From contig CAXXFV010000004.1 of assembly GCA_963674595.2 (NCBI GenBank), positions 288,001 to 352,000 on the forward strand: DNA of 64,000 nucleotides, read 5' to 3'. This DNA is from a bacterium (GTDB lineage: Bacteria; Zhuqueibacterota; Zhuqueibacteria; Residuimicrobiales; Krinioviventaceae). The notes under the pieces are model-generated. The model ran no database searches and had not been told where the DNA came from. It saw nothing but the letters and a program-made list of their open reading frames with translations. The translations under genes and the position numbers were made by a program. Numbering within the stretch: position 1 is the stretch's first letter; each line of letters starts with the position of its first letter. This document shows, piece by piece, positions 53,078 to 63,150 of this stretch.

Positions 53078-54493
53078 ATGACAATGAAAAAAACAATCTT
53101 GATTTTATTACCGCTGATTTATCTGAATTGTTCATTATTTATCAAACCACAACATAATACAGAGCACCCAAACTGGGATGATGCCGAGGTAATTTTAAAA
53201 AATATTTCTGCCCCTCGGTTTCCCGATGTAGATTATTTAATAACGGATTATGGAGCAGTCGGGGACGGAGAAACCGATAATTTTGCTTTTTTTAAAAAAG
53301 CAATCAAGGAATGTAATGAACAGGGGGGAGGGCGTATAATTGTTCCAAAAGGAGTTTTTCTGGTAAAGGGTCCGATCCATTTAAAGAGTAATGTTCATTT
53401 GTATCTATCCGAAGGAGCTGTTTTACGTTTTAGCGCAGAACCTCAATATTATTTGCCCATGGTTTTAACAAAATGGGAAGGATGCGAGCTCTATAATTAT
53501 TCGCCTTTTATTTATGCCTATCAGGCGACAAACGTTGCCGTTACCGGTTCCGGTACAATTGATGGCCAGGCAGCCGGGGGTTTTGCCACCTGGAAGACAA
53601 AACAAAAAGCAGACCAGTTGCTTTTACGGCAGATGGGTAATGATGGCGTTCCTGTTTATGAACGGTTGTTTGGAGAAGGACACTGGCTTCGTCCGAGTAT
53701 GATCCAGCCTTTTGGCTGCAAAAACGTTTTGATAGAAGGTGTAACAATTTTGGATTCCCCGTTTTGGGTGGTTCACCCGGTGTTTTGCAATAATGTTATT
53801 GTCAGAAATATCAACGTAAACAGTTGGAATACGAACAATGACGGTTGTGACCCGGATGCCAGTACCAATGTTTTGATTGAAAATTGTGTGTTCTTTACCG
53901 GCGATGATGGTGTGGCCATCAAGTCCGGGCGGGACCAGGACGGTTGGCGGGTTGGTCAACCAACAGAGAATGTGATCGTGAGAGATTGTGATATAAAGTC
54001 CATAGCAAACGGACTGTGTATTGGCAGTGAAATGTCCGGTGGTGTTCGTAACATTTTTATGGAAAATTGCCGGGTAGACAGCGCCATGTCGACGATATAT
54101 TTCAAGTCCAATCTGGATCGCGGTGGTATGATTGAAAATGTTATGGTCCGTAATATTCATGTAAAACGGGCAAAAGGGGCTGTTATACGTTTTGAAAGCA
54201 ATTACAAAGGCCATCGAGGAAATTCCTATACACCTGTTTTTCGTCATTTTTATCTTGAAAATATTACCTGTGAAAAAGCGGATAATATCGGCATTTATGC
54301 AGAAGGAATTGAAGGAACACCCATGGAGTATCTGAATTTTAAAAATGTGGAAATCAAACAGGCAGAGGTGGCATCCCATTTTCGGTTTGTAGAAAATGTA
54401 ACTTTTGATAAAGTTTTAATTAACGGACAACATGTCAATAACACAACGATTATAAATAAAGAGACCGGTTCCAAAGAGAAAATGGGATGGTGA
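53078..54493 (+). CDS. Glycoside hydrolase family 28 (polygalacturonase-like) lipoprotein
   Basis: DYGAVGDG, GGGRIIVP, LRPSMI, NNDGCDP, TGDDGVAIKSG, IGSEMSGG. Confidence 0.9.
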   Translation: MTMKKTILILLPLIYLNCSLFIKPQHNTEHPNWDDAEVILKNISAPRFPDVDYLITDYGAVGDGETDNFAFFKKAIKECNEQGGGRIIVPKGVFLVKGPIHLKSNVHLYLSEGAVLRFSAEPQYYLPMVLTKWEGCELYNYSPFIYAYQATNVAVTGSGTIDGQAAGGFATWKTKQKADQLLLRQMGNDGVPVYERLFGEGHWLRPSMIQPFGCKNVLIEGVTILDSPFWVVHPVFCNNVIVRNINVNSWNTNNDGCDPDASTNVLIENCVFFTGDDGVAIKSGRDQDGWRVGQPTENVIVRDCDIKSIANGLCIGSEMSGGVRNIFMENCRVDSAMSTIYFKSNLDRGGMIENVMVRNIHVKRAKGAVIRFESNYKGHRGNSYTPVFRHFYLENITCEKADNIGIYAEGIEGTPMEYLNFKNVEIKQAEVASHFRFVENVTFDKVLINGQHVNNTTIINKETGSKEKMGW

Positions 54494-54593
54494 GGAAAGC
54501 GTGTTATTACATTTATTTACTTTCATTTATAATTTATAATAGTTATTATAGGGACAGTGTATAAGGGCATATTAAAACTAAATAGAGGAGAAA

Positions 54594-56063
54594 ATGGACC
54601 GTCGAGATTTTTTTAAAAAAACTGTTTCCGCAGGTATGGCCTTTTCTTTTGCCGGCTGTGCTTCGCAAACGGCTCCTCATTCCAAAGTAAGAGGAGCAAA
54701 TGAGAGAATTCGTATTGGAATTGTCGGCCTTCGAAGCAAAGGAAAACACCATATCGAATTATTCCATAAAATTCCTAATGTACAAATTGCCGCTCTTTGT
54801 GATGTTGACACAGAGTTTCTGGACGAGCAAAAAAGCCAGTTCGACGAATGGGGAGAAAAAGTCAAGCTTTATAAAGATATTCGCAACTTGCTGGAAGATA
54901 AATCAATCGACGCGATAAGTGTTGTCACGCCGAACCATTGGCATTCTTTGATGGGAATTTGGGCCTGTCAGGCTGGTAAAGATGTATATGTTGAAAAACC
55001 GGTTTCACACAATTTATGGGAAGGAAGAAAACTGGTCGAAGCGGCCAGAAAATATAACCGAATTGTTCAGGCAGGTACTCAAAATCGGACGGATGAAGCC
55101 GTGCAGCAGGTTTTTCAATATATAAATGAAGGCCATATTGGCGCTATCAAAGTTGCCCGAGGTTTTTGTTATAAACGTCGTAAAAATATTGGCAAAGTGG
55201 CCGGCCCTCAACCTATTCCTGCGAATATTGATTTTGATTTGTGGACCGGACCTGCTCCGTTAAAGCCACTTAGACGCAGTCGTGTTCATTATGACTGGCA
55301 CTGGCAGTGGGATACCGGAAATGGTGATATTGGTAACCAGGGCATTCATGAAATGGATATGTGCCGATGGGCCATAGGACAAGATAAACTTCCACAGCGT
55401 GTGATGAGCTTTGGCGGGCGTTTTGGTTACGATGACGATGGTGAAACGCCAAACACTCTGGTAACTATTTTAGACTATAAACCGGTACCTATTATTTTTG
55501 AGGTAAGAGGCCTGCCGAAACAGAGTGATATTGAAGCGATGGACAACTATCATGGTGTAAGGATTGGTGTTGTTATCGAATGTGAAGACGGCTTTTTTGC
55601 CGGCGGACACGGCGGCGGCTGGATCTATGATAAAAATGGTAAAAAGGTCAAACAATTCAGCAGCCCGGGTGGCGGCGAACATCAGGCCAATTTTATTCAG
55701 GCTGTCCGCAGTCGAAAAAGGTCAGATTTAAACGCAGACATACTTGAAGGACACCTTTCTTCGGCGCTTTGTCATATGGGTAATATTCCATATAATTTGG
55801 GAAAATTGGTTGATAAAGACGAGTTAACGGATACAATAAAATCAAATCCGATTGCCTCGGAAGCGTTTGAAAGGTTTGAAGATCATTTAAATAAAAATAA
55901 TGTTGACCTTTTAACAGACCGTCCCACTTTGGGAACCTGGCTGGATTTTGATCCGCAAACAGAAAAGTTTGTGACAAAAAATAAATTTGATTTTGGTTAT
56001 TGGGCAAACAAACTGGTAAGAGGTCATTATCGGGAACCCTTTGTTGTCCCTGAAAGTGTATAA
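54594..56063 (+). CDS. Tat-exported Gfo/Idh/MocA oxidoreductase
   Basis: DRRDFFK twin-arginine signal; TPNHWH, GKDVYVEKP, GNQGIHEMD. Confidence 0.9.
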   Translation: MDRRDFFKKTVSAGMAFSFAGCASQTAPHSKVRGANERIRIGIVGLRSKGKHHIELFHKIPNVQIAALCDVDTEFLDEQKSQFDEWGEKVKLYKDIRNLLEDKSIDAISVVTPNHWHSLMGIWACQAGKDVYVEKPVSHNLWEGRKLVEAARKYNRIVQAGTQNRTDEAVQQVFQYINEGHIGAIKVARGFCYKRRKNIGKVAGPQPIPANIDFDLWTGPAPLKPLRRSRVHYDWHWQWDTGNGDIGNQGIHEMDMCRWAIGQDKLPQRVMSFGGRFGYDDDGETPNTLVTILDYKPVPIIFEVRGLPKQSDIEAMDNYHGVRIGVVIECEDGFFAGGHGGGWIYDKNGKKVKQFSSPGGGEHQANFIQAVRSRKRSDLNADILEGHLSSALCHMGNIPYNLGKLVDKDELTDTIKSNPIASEAFERFEDHLNKNNVDLLTDRPTLGTWLDFDPQTEKFVTKNKFDFGYWANKLVRGHYREPFVVPESV

Positions 56064-56099
56064 TCAACAAGGTGAACTTTTTTGCAGCCCGGATAGATT

Positions 56100-57035
56100 A
56101 TGCATCTTGAGAAAAAATCGACACAAATTTATAAAACCCGGATCGATAAGGTTATCCAATATATTACTTGTAATTTAGGTGAAAAATTGTCTCTTGAAAA
56201 ACTGGCAAAAGAGGCTTATTTTTCACCTTTTCATTTTCATCGTCTTTTTTCAGCAATAATCGGGGAGACACCCAACGAATTTATAAATCGTTTGCGGATT
56301 GAAAAAGCAGCCGGCATGCTTCTTTATAATCCCAATAATTCCATTACAGAAATTGCCATTGTTTGCGGTTTTTCTTCATCCGCTTCTTTTTCCCGTTCCT
56401 TTAAGCAGTATTTTGGCTTTTCGGCAACGGAATTGCGTAAATCAGGAAAAAGCAAGATTCGACAAAAGCTGAGCAAAGAATGTAAAATAATTACCCTCCG
56501 GCATGATTATCTTTTGACTGATCAATTAAACAGTCAAAATAATCCCAACAGGAGGTTTTCCATGGATGTAAAAATTAAAATAATGCCCGAATTTCGGGTT
56601 GCTTATATGGCACAAAATGAGGGTTATATCACTGAAAAAATTCATAAAACATGGGACCAGCTTTGTAAATGGGGAGCAGCCAGGGACTTGTTAAATCAGG
56701 ATACTCTGCTAATCGGTATCTCTTTTGATGATCCTGAAATTACGCCATTAAATAAATGTCGATACTATGCTTGTTTTACGGTCCCACCGGAGGTACAGGG
56801 AGACGACCAGGTGGGTATCTATAATATTGAAGGCGGTAAATATGCTGTTTACCATTTTGAAGGTACAGAAATCCAAATTATGACTACCTATAAAGCCGTA
56901 TATGGTGAATGGCTGCCGTCCAGCGGTTATCAGCCGGATGATAAACCCTGTTATGAAATTTATCTAAACAATCCGGATACGGATCCGGAGGGTAAATATA
57001 TTATGGATATTTATTTACCTGTTAAACCGTTATAA
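56100..57035 (+). CDS. AraC family regulator with C-terminal GyrI-like domain
   Basis: FSPFHFHRLF, ITEIAIVCGFSSSASFSRSFK; GyrI: DDPEITP, CRYYAC, GGKYAV, WLPSSGY, YEIYLN. Confidence 0.93.
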   Translation: MHLEKKSTQIYKTRIDKVIQYITCNLGEKLSLEKLAKEAYFSPFHFHRLFSAIIGETPNEFINRLRIEKAAGMLLYNPNNSITEIAIVCGFSSSASFSRSFKQYFGFSATELRKSGKSKIRQKLSKECKIITLRHDYLLTDQLNSQNNPNRRFSMDVKIKIMPEFRVAYMAQNEGYITEKIHKTWDQLCKWGAARDLLNQDTLLIGISFDDPEITPLNKCRYYACFTVPPEVQGDDQVGIYNIEGGKYAVYHFEGTEIQIMTTYKAVYGEWLPSSGYQPDDKPCYEIYLNNPDTDPEGKYIMDIYLPVKPL

Positions 57036-57042
57036 TTTATTT

Positions 57043-57068
57043 GCTGTCTAAAATTTATTTTAGACAGC
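57043..57068. terminator. Hairpin after AraC-GyrI gene
   Basis: GCTGTCTAAAAT-TT-ATTTTAGACAGC; no strong U-tract. Confidence 0.5.
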
Positions 57069-57097
57069 CTGATGTTTAATTAAAAAGTGGTTGCTTT

Positions 57098-57949
57098 ATG
57101 GAATATAAAATAGGCGCACATGTCAGTATTAGCGGCGGTGTAGAAAATGCCCCTCTGAATGCTTTAGAAATCGGTGCAAAAGCTTTTGGAATTTTTACCA
57201 AAAATCAGAGACAGTGGGCTGCCAAACCGCTTGCTGAAGAAAATATTGAGCTGTTTAAAAAGAACTGTGATGAATATGGATTTTCTCCCGATTTTATTTT
57301 ACCTCATGACAGTTATTTGATTAATCCCGGGCACCCGGAACAAGCGGCGTTTGAAAAGTCCAGAAATGCTTTGCTGGATGAAATGCAGCGCTGCGAACAA
57401 TTGGGTTTAAAATATTTAAACTTTCATCCGGGAAGTCACCTGAATGTTATTTCAGAATCAGAGTGTCTAAAACGCATTGCAGAGTCGATCAATTTTGTTT
57501 TGGAGAAAACGTCCGGTGTTACTGCTGTTATCGAAAATACAGCCGGACAGGGAACAAACATGGGCCATCGGTTTGAACATTTGGCGGAAATTATTTCTTT
57601 TGTCGAGGACAAATCACGGGTCGGTGTTTGTCTGGATACATGCCATGCTTTTGCTGCAGGGTATGATATACGTACACCACAAGCATTTGAAAAAACGATA
57701 GCTGATTTTGATCAAACCATAGGATTGTCATATTTAAAAGCGCTTCATTTTAATGATGCCAAAAAGGACCTCGGCAGCCGGGTGGACCGTCATGCCAGCC
57801 TGGGAATGGGTTTTATTGGTTGGCAGGGATTTTCAAATTTTATGAATGATTCGCGTTTTATGGAAATGCCGATAATCTTGGAGACAACAGACTCTTCCCT
57901 GTGGCCGGTTGAAATTGAATCATTATATAAATTGTCACGCTCTTTTTAA
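57098..57949 (+). CDS. nfo: Endonuclease IV
   Basis: [42 protein letters not shown]. Confidence 0.96.
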   Translation: MEYKIGAHVSISGGVENAPLNALEIGAKAFGIFTKNQRQWAAKPLAEENIELFKKNCDEYGFSPDFILPHDSYLINPGHPEQAAFEKSRNALLDEMQRCEQLGLKYLNFHPGSHLNVISESECLKRIAESINFVLEKTSGVTAVIENTAGQGTNMGHRFEHLAEIISFVEDKSRVGVCLDTCHAFAAGYDIRTPQAFEKTIADFDQTIGLSYLKALHFNDAKKDLGSRVDRHASLGMGFIGWQGFSNFMNDSRFMEMPIILETTDSSLWPVEIESLYKLSRSF

Positions 57950-58036
57950 TATAAATTCTTTGAAATATAAATACAGATTCATACATTCCTTGATTGATTA
58001 GAATATTATTGACAATTCTATTACGAAAGAGGTTAT

Positions 58037-59113
58037 ATGACATCCAAAGAACGATTAATTGCAGCCATTGAAGGAAATGATATTGATCATATTCCATTTT
58101 CTCCAAACCTGGCTTACCTGTGGGAACATTTTCCCGATGATATTCAAAAAAAGGGACAACTCGATTTTTTAAAAATGATCGGCGCTGATCCTTTATGGCG
58201 CGGTGCACCGTGTCCTGTTAAAGAAATTTTACCTGAAATGGATAAAAAGGAATTTGTTGAAAATGATCGAAAGGTTACTGTTTTTTCAACACCTGTAGGA
58301 CAGTTACGATTGGGCTATATGAAGAGTGATCACGGAAACACCGAATTTCTCGTGGAACATCCGCTAAAAACAGAAAATGATTACAAAGTTCAAATGTGGA
58401 TCGAGGAGAATACAAAATTCGAATATGACCCGGAACCTGTTAAAGAACATTTTAAAGGTGAAGGTAGAGAAGGACTTTCACTTGGAATGCTGCTTCCCCG
58501 TAGCAAATCTGCTTTTCAACACCTGGTGGAACACCTTGCCGGTACTGAAGAATTAGTATATGCATTAATGGATTTTCCTGAAACCGTGACCATGCTGTGG
58601 GAAAAAATGGTGGAAAATAATCTTAAAGCTGCCAAAATTGTAGCCGCCGCTGATTACGATTATTTCATCACATGGGAAGATTCCAGCACGCAAAATTATT
58701 CACCCACTCAATATAAACAATATATCAGTTCTGAAATTCAACAGTGGTGTAAAATCCTTAAAGAACATGATAAAAAATACATCCAGCACGCGTGCGGTCA
58801 TGTAAAGGACCTGGTGCTGCAAATGAAAATGGATGGTGTTTTTGCTGTGGAAAGTATTTCGCCGCCGCCAACCGGCAATATTGAAATTAAGGATGCACGT
58901 GAAAAAGTAGGTTCTGATTTTGGCATCATCGGCGGTATAGAACCGACAAAGTTTTTGCATTATGACAACAACCAACTTGGTAAATATGTAGAACAAATTA
59001 TTAAAGAAGGAAAAGGCGGTCCGTTTATATTGGGAAATTCCGATTCCTGTCCGCCCGGAGTGACAATAGAAAAATTCAAACTTGTTGCCGACATTGCCAG
59101 GGCATCAAGTTAA
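58037..59113 (+). CDS. UroD/MtaA-CmuA superfamily protein
   Basis: MTSKERL, DHIP, HACG, IIGGI, PFILGNSDSCPPG. Confidence 0.8.
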   Translation: MTSKERLIAAIEGNDIDHIPFSPNLAYLWEHFPDDIQKKGQLDFLKMIGADPLWRGAPCPVKEILPEMDKKEFVENDRKVTVFSTPVGQLRLGYMKSDHGNTEFLVEHPLKTENDYKVQMWIEENTKFEYDPEPVKEHFKGEGREGLSLGMLLPRSKSAFQHLVEHLAGTEELVYALMDFPETVTMLWEKMVENNLKAAKIVAAADYDYFITWEDSSTQNYSPTQYKQYISSEIQQWCKILKEHDKKYIQHACGHVKDLVLQMKMDGVFAVESISPPPTGNIEIKDAREKVGSDFGIIGGIEPTKFLHYDNNQLGKYVEQIIKEGKGGPFILGNSDSCPPGVTIEKFKLVADIARASS

Positions 59114-59148
59114 TAAAATAATATAGATCAAATAAACAGGAGAATTTA

Positions 59149-61338
59149 ATGATTCGGAACAAATGGGTTGTTATTCTTTTATTATTTTTATTCTCCTCAT
59201 CTTTTGCTGATAATGCAAAAAAACCAAAAATCGGCCTTGTCCTTAGCGGAGGCGGGGCCAAGGGTTTTGCGCATATCGGTGTTTTAAAAGTTCTGGAAGA
59301 ACTGGAAATTACCCCGGATTATATAACCGGTACCAGCATGGGCAGTATTGTGGGGGGCCTGTACGCCATTGGCTATTCTGCCGAACATCTGGAAAATTTG
59401 GCTCTGACACAAAACTGGTCGGAATTGTTTTTGGACCAGATCTCCAGAAAAGATATATCAATAACAGAAAAAGAGCAGGACTCTAAATACGCCGGGACCT
59501 TTGAGTTTAAAGATTTTAATATCGTATTTCCCACCGGGCTTCTTAATGGTCATAAACTTTCTGCTTTAATATCCAGATTAACATGGTCTGTGCATCATGT
59601 TGATGATTTTAATAACTTTTCCATACCTTTCAAGTGTATTGCCGCCGATATTGAAACCGGTGAAGCCGTTGTTTTGGATCATGGTTTTTTACCCGATGCC
59701 ATACGGGCCAGTATGGCTATACCATCTGTTTTTACACCAATAGAGCTTGATAATCGTCTTTTAGTTGACGGGGGCATTATTCGGAATTTCCCTGTTACCG
59801 ATGCAATTGATATGGGTGCAGATATTACAATTGGTGTTGATGTTGGGGCCCCTCTTTTACCTAAAGAAGACTTGAATTCACTCGTTAAAATTATTAATCA
59901 GGCAATCAATTTTAAGGCTGTTGCTTCTACAAAGGAACAGCGTAAACTTTGTGATTTTTTGATCACTCCTGAATTGCGTGATTTTACAATTATGAGTTTT
60001 GAAGATGTTGAAGCGATCATTGCACGTGGTGAGCAGGCGGCCAGGAGTATTTATCCGCAACTGAAACAACTGGCAGATTCCCTCAAATTCTATCATAAAC
60101 AGGAACATCGTCATATTCCGGCTGTTCAAATTAAAGAGATTTACATACATGATGTCAAAATTTTAGGGCTTTCACAGGTATCCAGACAGCTTGTGTTGGG
60201 AAAGTTAATGTTCCCCGTTCCGGGAACCATTACGCCGGATGAATTGGAACAGGCGATATCCAGAATTTATGGCAGTCATTTTTTTGAACGAGTCACTTAC
60301 AAGTTTGAACCGACTCAGGAGGGAATGCATTTAATTATTAATGTGATTGAAAAATCAACGGATATGTTTCGTTTCGGAATTAATTATAACAGCCAGTTTA
60401 ATGCTTCATTACTGTTAAACACAACTTTTCGAAATTTGTTGGGGCATGGTTCAAAATTATTACTTGATATGAAATTCGGTGCAAACCAGGGACTTGGTAT
60501 TGCTTATTATTATTATACGAACTGGAATCCTGGTTTGGGTATTGGCATTGAATTAACTGAGAATGAGTATGATTTTAAATCTTTTGAAAATCACAAAACA
60601 ACAGCCGCTTATGATAAAGATATCATAAGCCAAAATTTGGTTTTGGAATCGGTCCTCTCAAATTCGATATGCAACGGTGTCGTCCTGCAAACACAGGAGA
60701 CAAATCTGGAAGCGGAATTTTCTTTTCTTGACAAAACGCAGAATTTGAAAATGGATTATTTTAATATATATGGATATTTAAAATTCGATACCTTTGATCA
60801 TGCTGATTTTCCCAAAACGGGTATTCAACTTTATGCCGAAGCAAAAAAAATAACAAATATGGTTAGTGAAGATTATGATGAGAATAAAATATCCTTTGAA
60901 AGATATTTTATTTCTTTTGAAAAAGCCACGGCTGTTCATAAAAAATATTCATTATTAAACCGACTTGTTGTCGGTGCAATTCATGGGAACAATGTTCCTT
61001 ATGATCAGCAGTTTTTTTTCGGTGGAATTGTGCAGCCTGAAAATTATATTTTCCCATTTTGGGGTATGGATTTTATGGAGCATTCTGCAAAGAATTTTGT
61101 GATTGCGGGTTTGGGTATGCAATATGAATTACGACAAAATGTGTTTGTTCAATGTAAAATCAATGGAGCTAAAAAAAATGAAATTTTTGAAAATCTGTTT
61201 CACGAAAAGGGTATTCATTGGGGCGGAGGTATTGCACTGGGAATTGATTTCCCGATCGGCCCTTTAACAATAACTTTTGAAAAAAGCAAATACACCCGAG
61301 GATTTAACACGTTTGTTAATTTGGGGCATTATTTTTAA
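59149..61338 (+). CDS. Patatin-like phospholipase with POTRA and Omp85-type barrel (second copy)
   Basis: Signal peptide; LSGGGAKG, GTSMG, RASMAIP, DGG; C-terminal PIGPL...NLGHYF. Confidence 0.9.
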   Translation: MIRNKWVVILLLFLFSSSFADNAKKPKIGLVLSGGGAKGFAHIGVLKVLEELEITPDYITGTSMGSIVGGLYAIGYSAEHLENLALTQNWSELFLDQISRKDISITEKEQDSKYAGTFEFKDFNIVFPTGLLNGHKLSALISRLTWSVHHVDDFNNFSIPFKCIAADIETGEAVVLDHGFLPDAIRASMAIPSVFTPIELDNRLLVDGGIIRNFPVTDAIDMGADITIGVDVGAPLLPKEDLNSLVKIINQAINFKAVASTKEQRKLCDFLITPELRDFTIMSFEDVEAIIARGEQAARSIYPQLKQLADSLKFYHKQEHRHIPAVQIKEIYIHDVKILGLSQVSRQLVLGKLMFPVPGTITPDELEQAISRIYGSHFFERVTYKFEPTQEGMHLIINVIEKSTDMFRFGINYNSQFNASLLLNTTFRNLLGHGSKLLLDMKFGANQGLGIAYYYYTNWNPGLGIGIELTENEYDFKSFENHKTTAAYDKDIISQNLVLESVLSNSICNGVVLQTQETNLEAEFSFLDKTQNLKMDYFNIYGYLKFDTFDHADFPKTGIQLYAEAKKITNMVSEDYDENKISFERYFISFEKATAVHKKYSLLNRLVVGAIHGNNVPYDQQFFFGGIVQPENYIFPFWGMDFMEHSAKNFVIAGLGMQYELRQNVFVQCKINGAKKNEIFENLFHEKGIHWGGGIALGIDFPIGPLTITFEKSKYTRGFNTFVNLGHYF

Positions 61339-61745
61339 TTTTGTAATTTCAACAGTTTGTCTAAAAAATCCTGCGGACCGGTACTGGATAAGGCGAGTGA
61401 TTCCATGGGGCATGGGCCTGTATTGGTGCGATTGATAATAACAGGTGTTCTTTTTTCATACTTTAAAACAATATTGTTTTCCGCTAATATTTTTTCGGCT
61501 GATTCACTTGCGAGTGGTGTATAAACACGACTAACTTTAGCTAGAATACATAAATAAGCGGCGGCCAACCCGATAACTTTATCAACAACGATAGAGCCTT
61601 CCATTTCTTTTCTTTTTTCCAGATAACAAGTTAATAACGGTTTGAGCATCGATTCGCTGGATTGATATATAATCTTGTCGTTATTATAAATTCGAATTGA
61701 CAAATGGTCATCCAACATTTCTTTTATCAGTTTTTTCCATTCCAT
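61335..61745 (-). CDS. DUF1893 (TM1506-like) protein
   Basis: DKVIGLAAA, ASESA, IINRTNTGPCPME. Confidence 0.85.
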   Translation of the reverse strand: MEWKKLIKEMLDDHLSIRIYNNDKIIYQSSESMLKPLLTCYLEKRKEMEGSIVVDKVIGLAAAYLCILAKVSRVYTPLASESAEKILAENNIVLKYEKRTPVIINRTNTGPCPMESLALSSTGPQDFLDKLLKLQN

Positions 61746-61898
61746 TATATTTTTTTCCGGATCTAAGAATTCATGTTAAATTGTTTGCCGGAATATAAGA
61801 AATAGAAAATCTTTATCAAAAGTTTTCCTGTTACATAATTAATAAATTTTTAATATATTGACGTGTTTGGCGTTTGTTGAATAAATTTAAGGTGAATA

Positions 61899-62297
61899 TT
61901 GGAACATTATAACCTGATTAAAAAAGCATTGGAAGCCAGAAAATTTTCCATTGCACCCTATTCAAACTTTACCGTTGGTGCCGCCGTAGAAACGGATGAT
62001 GGTGAAATTTTCCAGGGCTGTAATATTGAATCCAGTTCCTTTGGTTTGACGATATGTGCCGAACGGGTCGCGCTTTTTAAAGCGCTGTCGGAGGGCAGGA
62101 AAAAAATTAAAGCTATTGCCATTGCTTCTCCTAAAGCATTCTTTTGTCCCCCATGTGGCGCCTGTCGCCAGGTTTTATGGGATTTTGCAAAAGAGGCATG
62201 CATCATTCTTGTTACATCGAAGGAAGAGGTAAAAGTCTTATCCCTATCTGATTTATTGCCGAATGCTTTTGATAAAGGATTATTATCTGATGAATAA
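61899..62297 (+). CDS. cdd: Cytidine deaminase
   Basis: APYSNFTVGAA, GCNIE, ICAER, PCGACRQ, LLPNAF. Confidence 0.96.
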   Translation: MEHYNLIKKALEARKFSIAPYSNFTVGAAVETDDGEIFQGCNIESSSFGLTICAERVALFKALSEGRKKIKAIAIASPKAFFCPPCGACRQVLWDFAKEACIILVTSKEEVKVLSLSDLLPNAFDKGLLSDE

Positions 62298-62910
62298 AGT
62301 TATCGTAATCGGTGTATCAGGACCATCAGGTTCCGGCAAAACCCATTTTGTGAAAATGCTGCAACAGACTTTATCAGATGTTAACACGGCCGTCCTCTGT
62401 CAGGATGACTATTATAAAGACCAGTCAGACATAACGCTGGATGAGCGGGAATTAATGAATTATGATCATCCAAATGCCATTGATTTTGATTTATTGGCGT
62501 TACATATTATTAATTTAAAACAGGGACATGCTGTGACCCGTCCTGTTTATGATTTTACAATCCACACCAGAAAAAATGAAACGGTGCTTGTAAATCCCTG
62601 CCCGGTTGTTATTGTAGATGGTATTTTGCTGTTATCTGTTCCGGAGGTTTGTGATCTTTTGGATGTCAAAGTGTATATTGAAACACCGCCGGATATTTGT
62701 TTTATCCGGCGATTACAGCGGGACACCAAAGAACGCGGGCGGTCTGTTTCTTCTGTTATTCATCAATATCTATCAACCGTCAGGCCCATGTTAAAGGAGT
62801 TTATTTTACCCGGTAAGAAAAATGCCGATTTTGTTGTTCCGGGTACTGAGGATAGTTCAAAAAATTTTAAAAGGGTAATAACTCGAATTAAAGAACAGTT
62901 CAAACGCTAG
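62290..62910 (+). CDS. udk: Uridine kinase
   Basis: GPSGSGKT, QDDYYKD, NYDHPNA, RRLQRDTKERGR; start at ATG 62290 overlapping cdd. Confidence 0.93.
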   Translation: MNKVIVIGVSGPSGSGKTHFVKMLQQTLSDVNTAVLCQDDYYKDQSDITLDERELMNYDHPNAIDFDLLALHIINLKQGHAVTRPVYDFTIHTRKNETVLVNPCPVVIVDGILLLSVPEVCDLLDVKVYIETPPDICFIRRLQRDTKERGRSVSSVIHQYLSTVRPMLKEFILPGKKNADFVVPGTEDSSKNFKRVITRIKEQFKR

Positions 62911-62924
62911 GTGGTTATTTTTCC

Positions 62925-63131
62925 ATGTCAAAAATTTTAATTTATATTGGTATCTTTTTTATTGTTGGAGGACTGGTGGTTTTTCTGTTTGAAAAAGTGG
63001 GAATCCATCTCGGTCGGCTGCCGGGAGACATTTTTATTAAAAAAGAAAACTCGAGTTTTTATTTTCCGATAACGACGTGCATTGTTGTTTCAATTTTATT
63101 GTCACTTTTATTTACGATTTTTAGAAAATAA
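62925..63131 (+). CDS. DUF2905 small membrane protein
   Basis: LGRLPGDI, FYFPITTCIVVS. Confidence 0.9.
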   Translation: MSKILIYIGIFFIVGGLVVFLFEKVGIHLGRLPGDIFIKKENSSFYFPITTCIVVSILLSLLFTIFRK

Positions 63132-63150
63132 AGTGTTTTAGGAGCTAAAC

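Noticed and set aside
58891-58906. parS-like GGATGCACGTGAAAAA and other half matches (e.g. near 61196)
   Set aside because: At best 12/16 to TGTTTCACGTGAAACA and not palindromic; no convincing parS seen by eye
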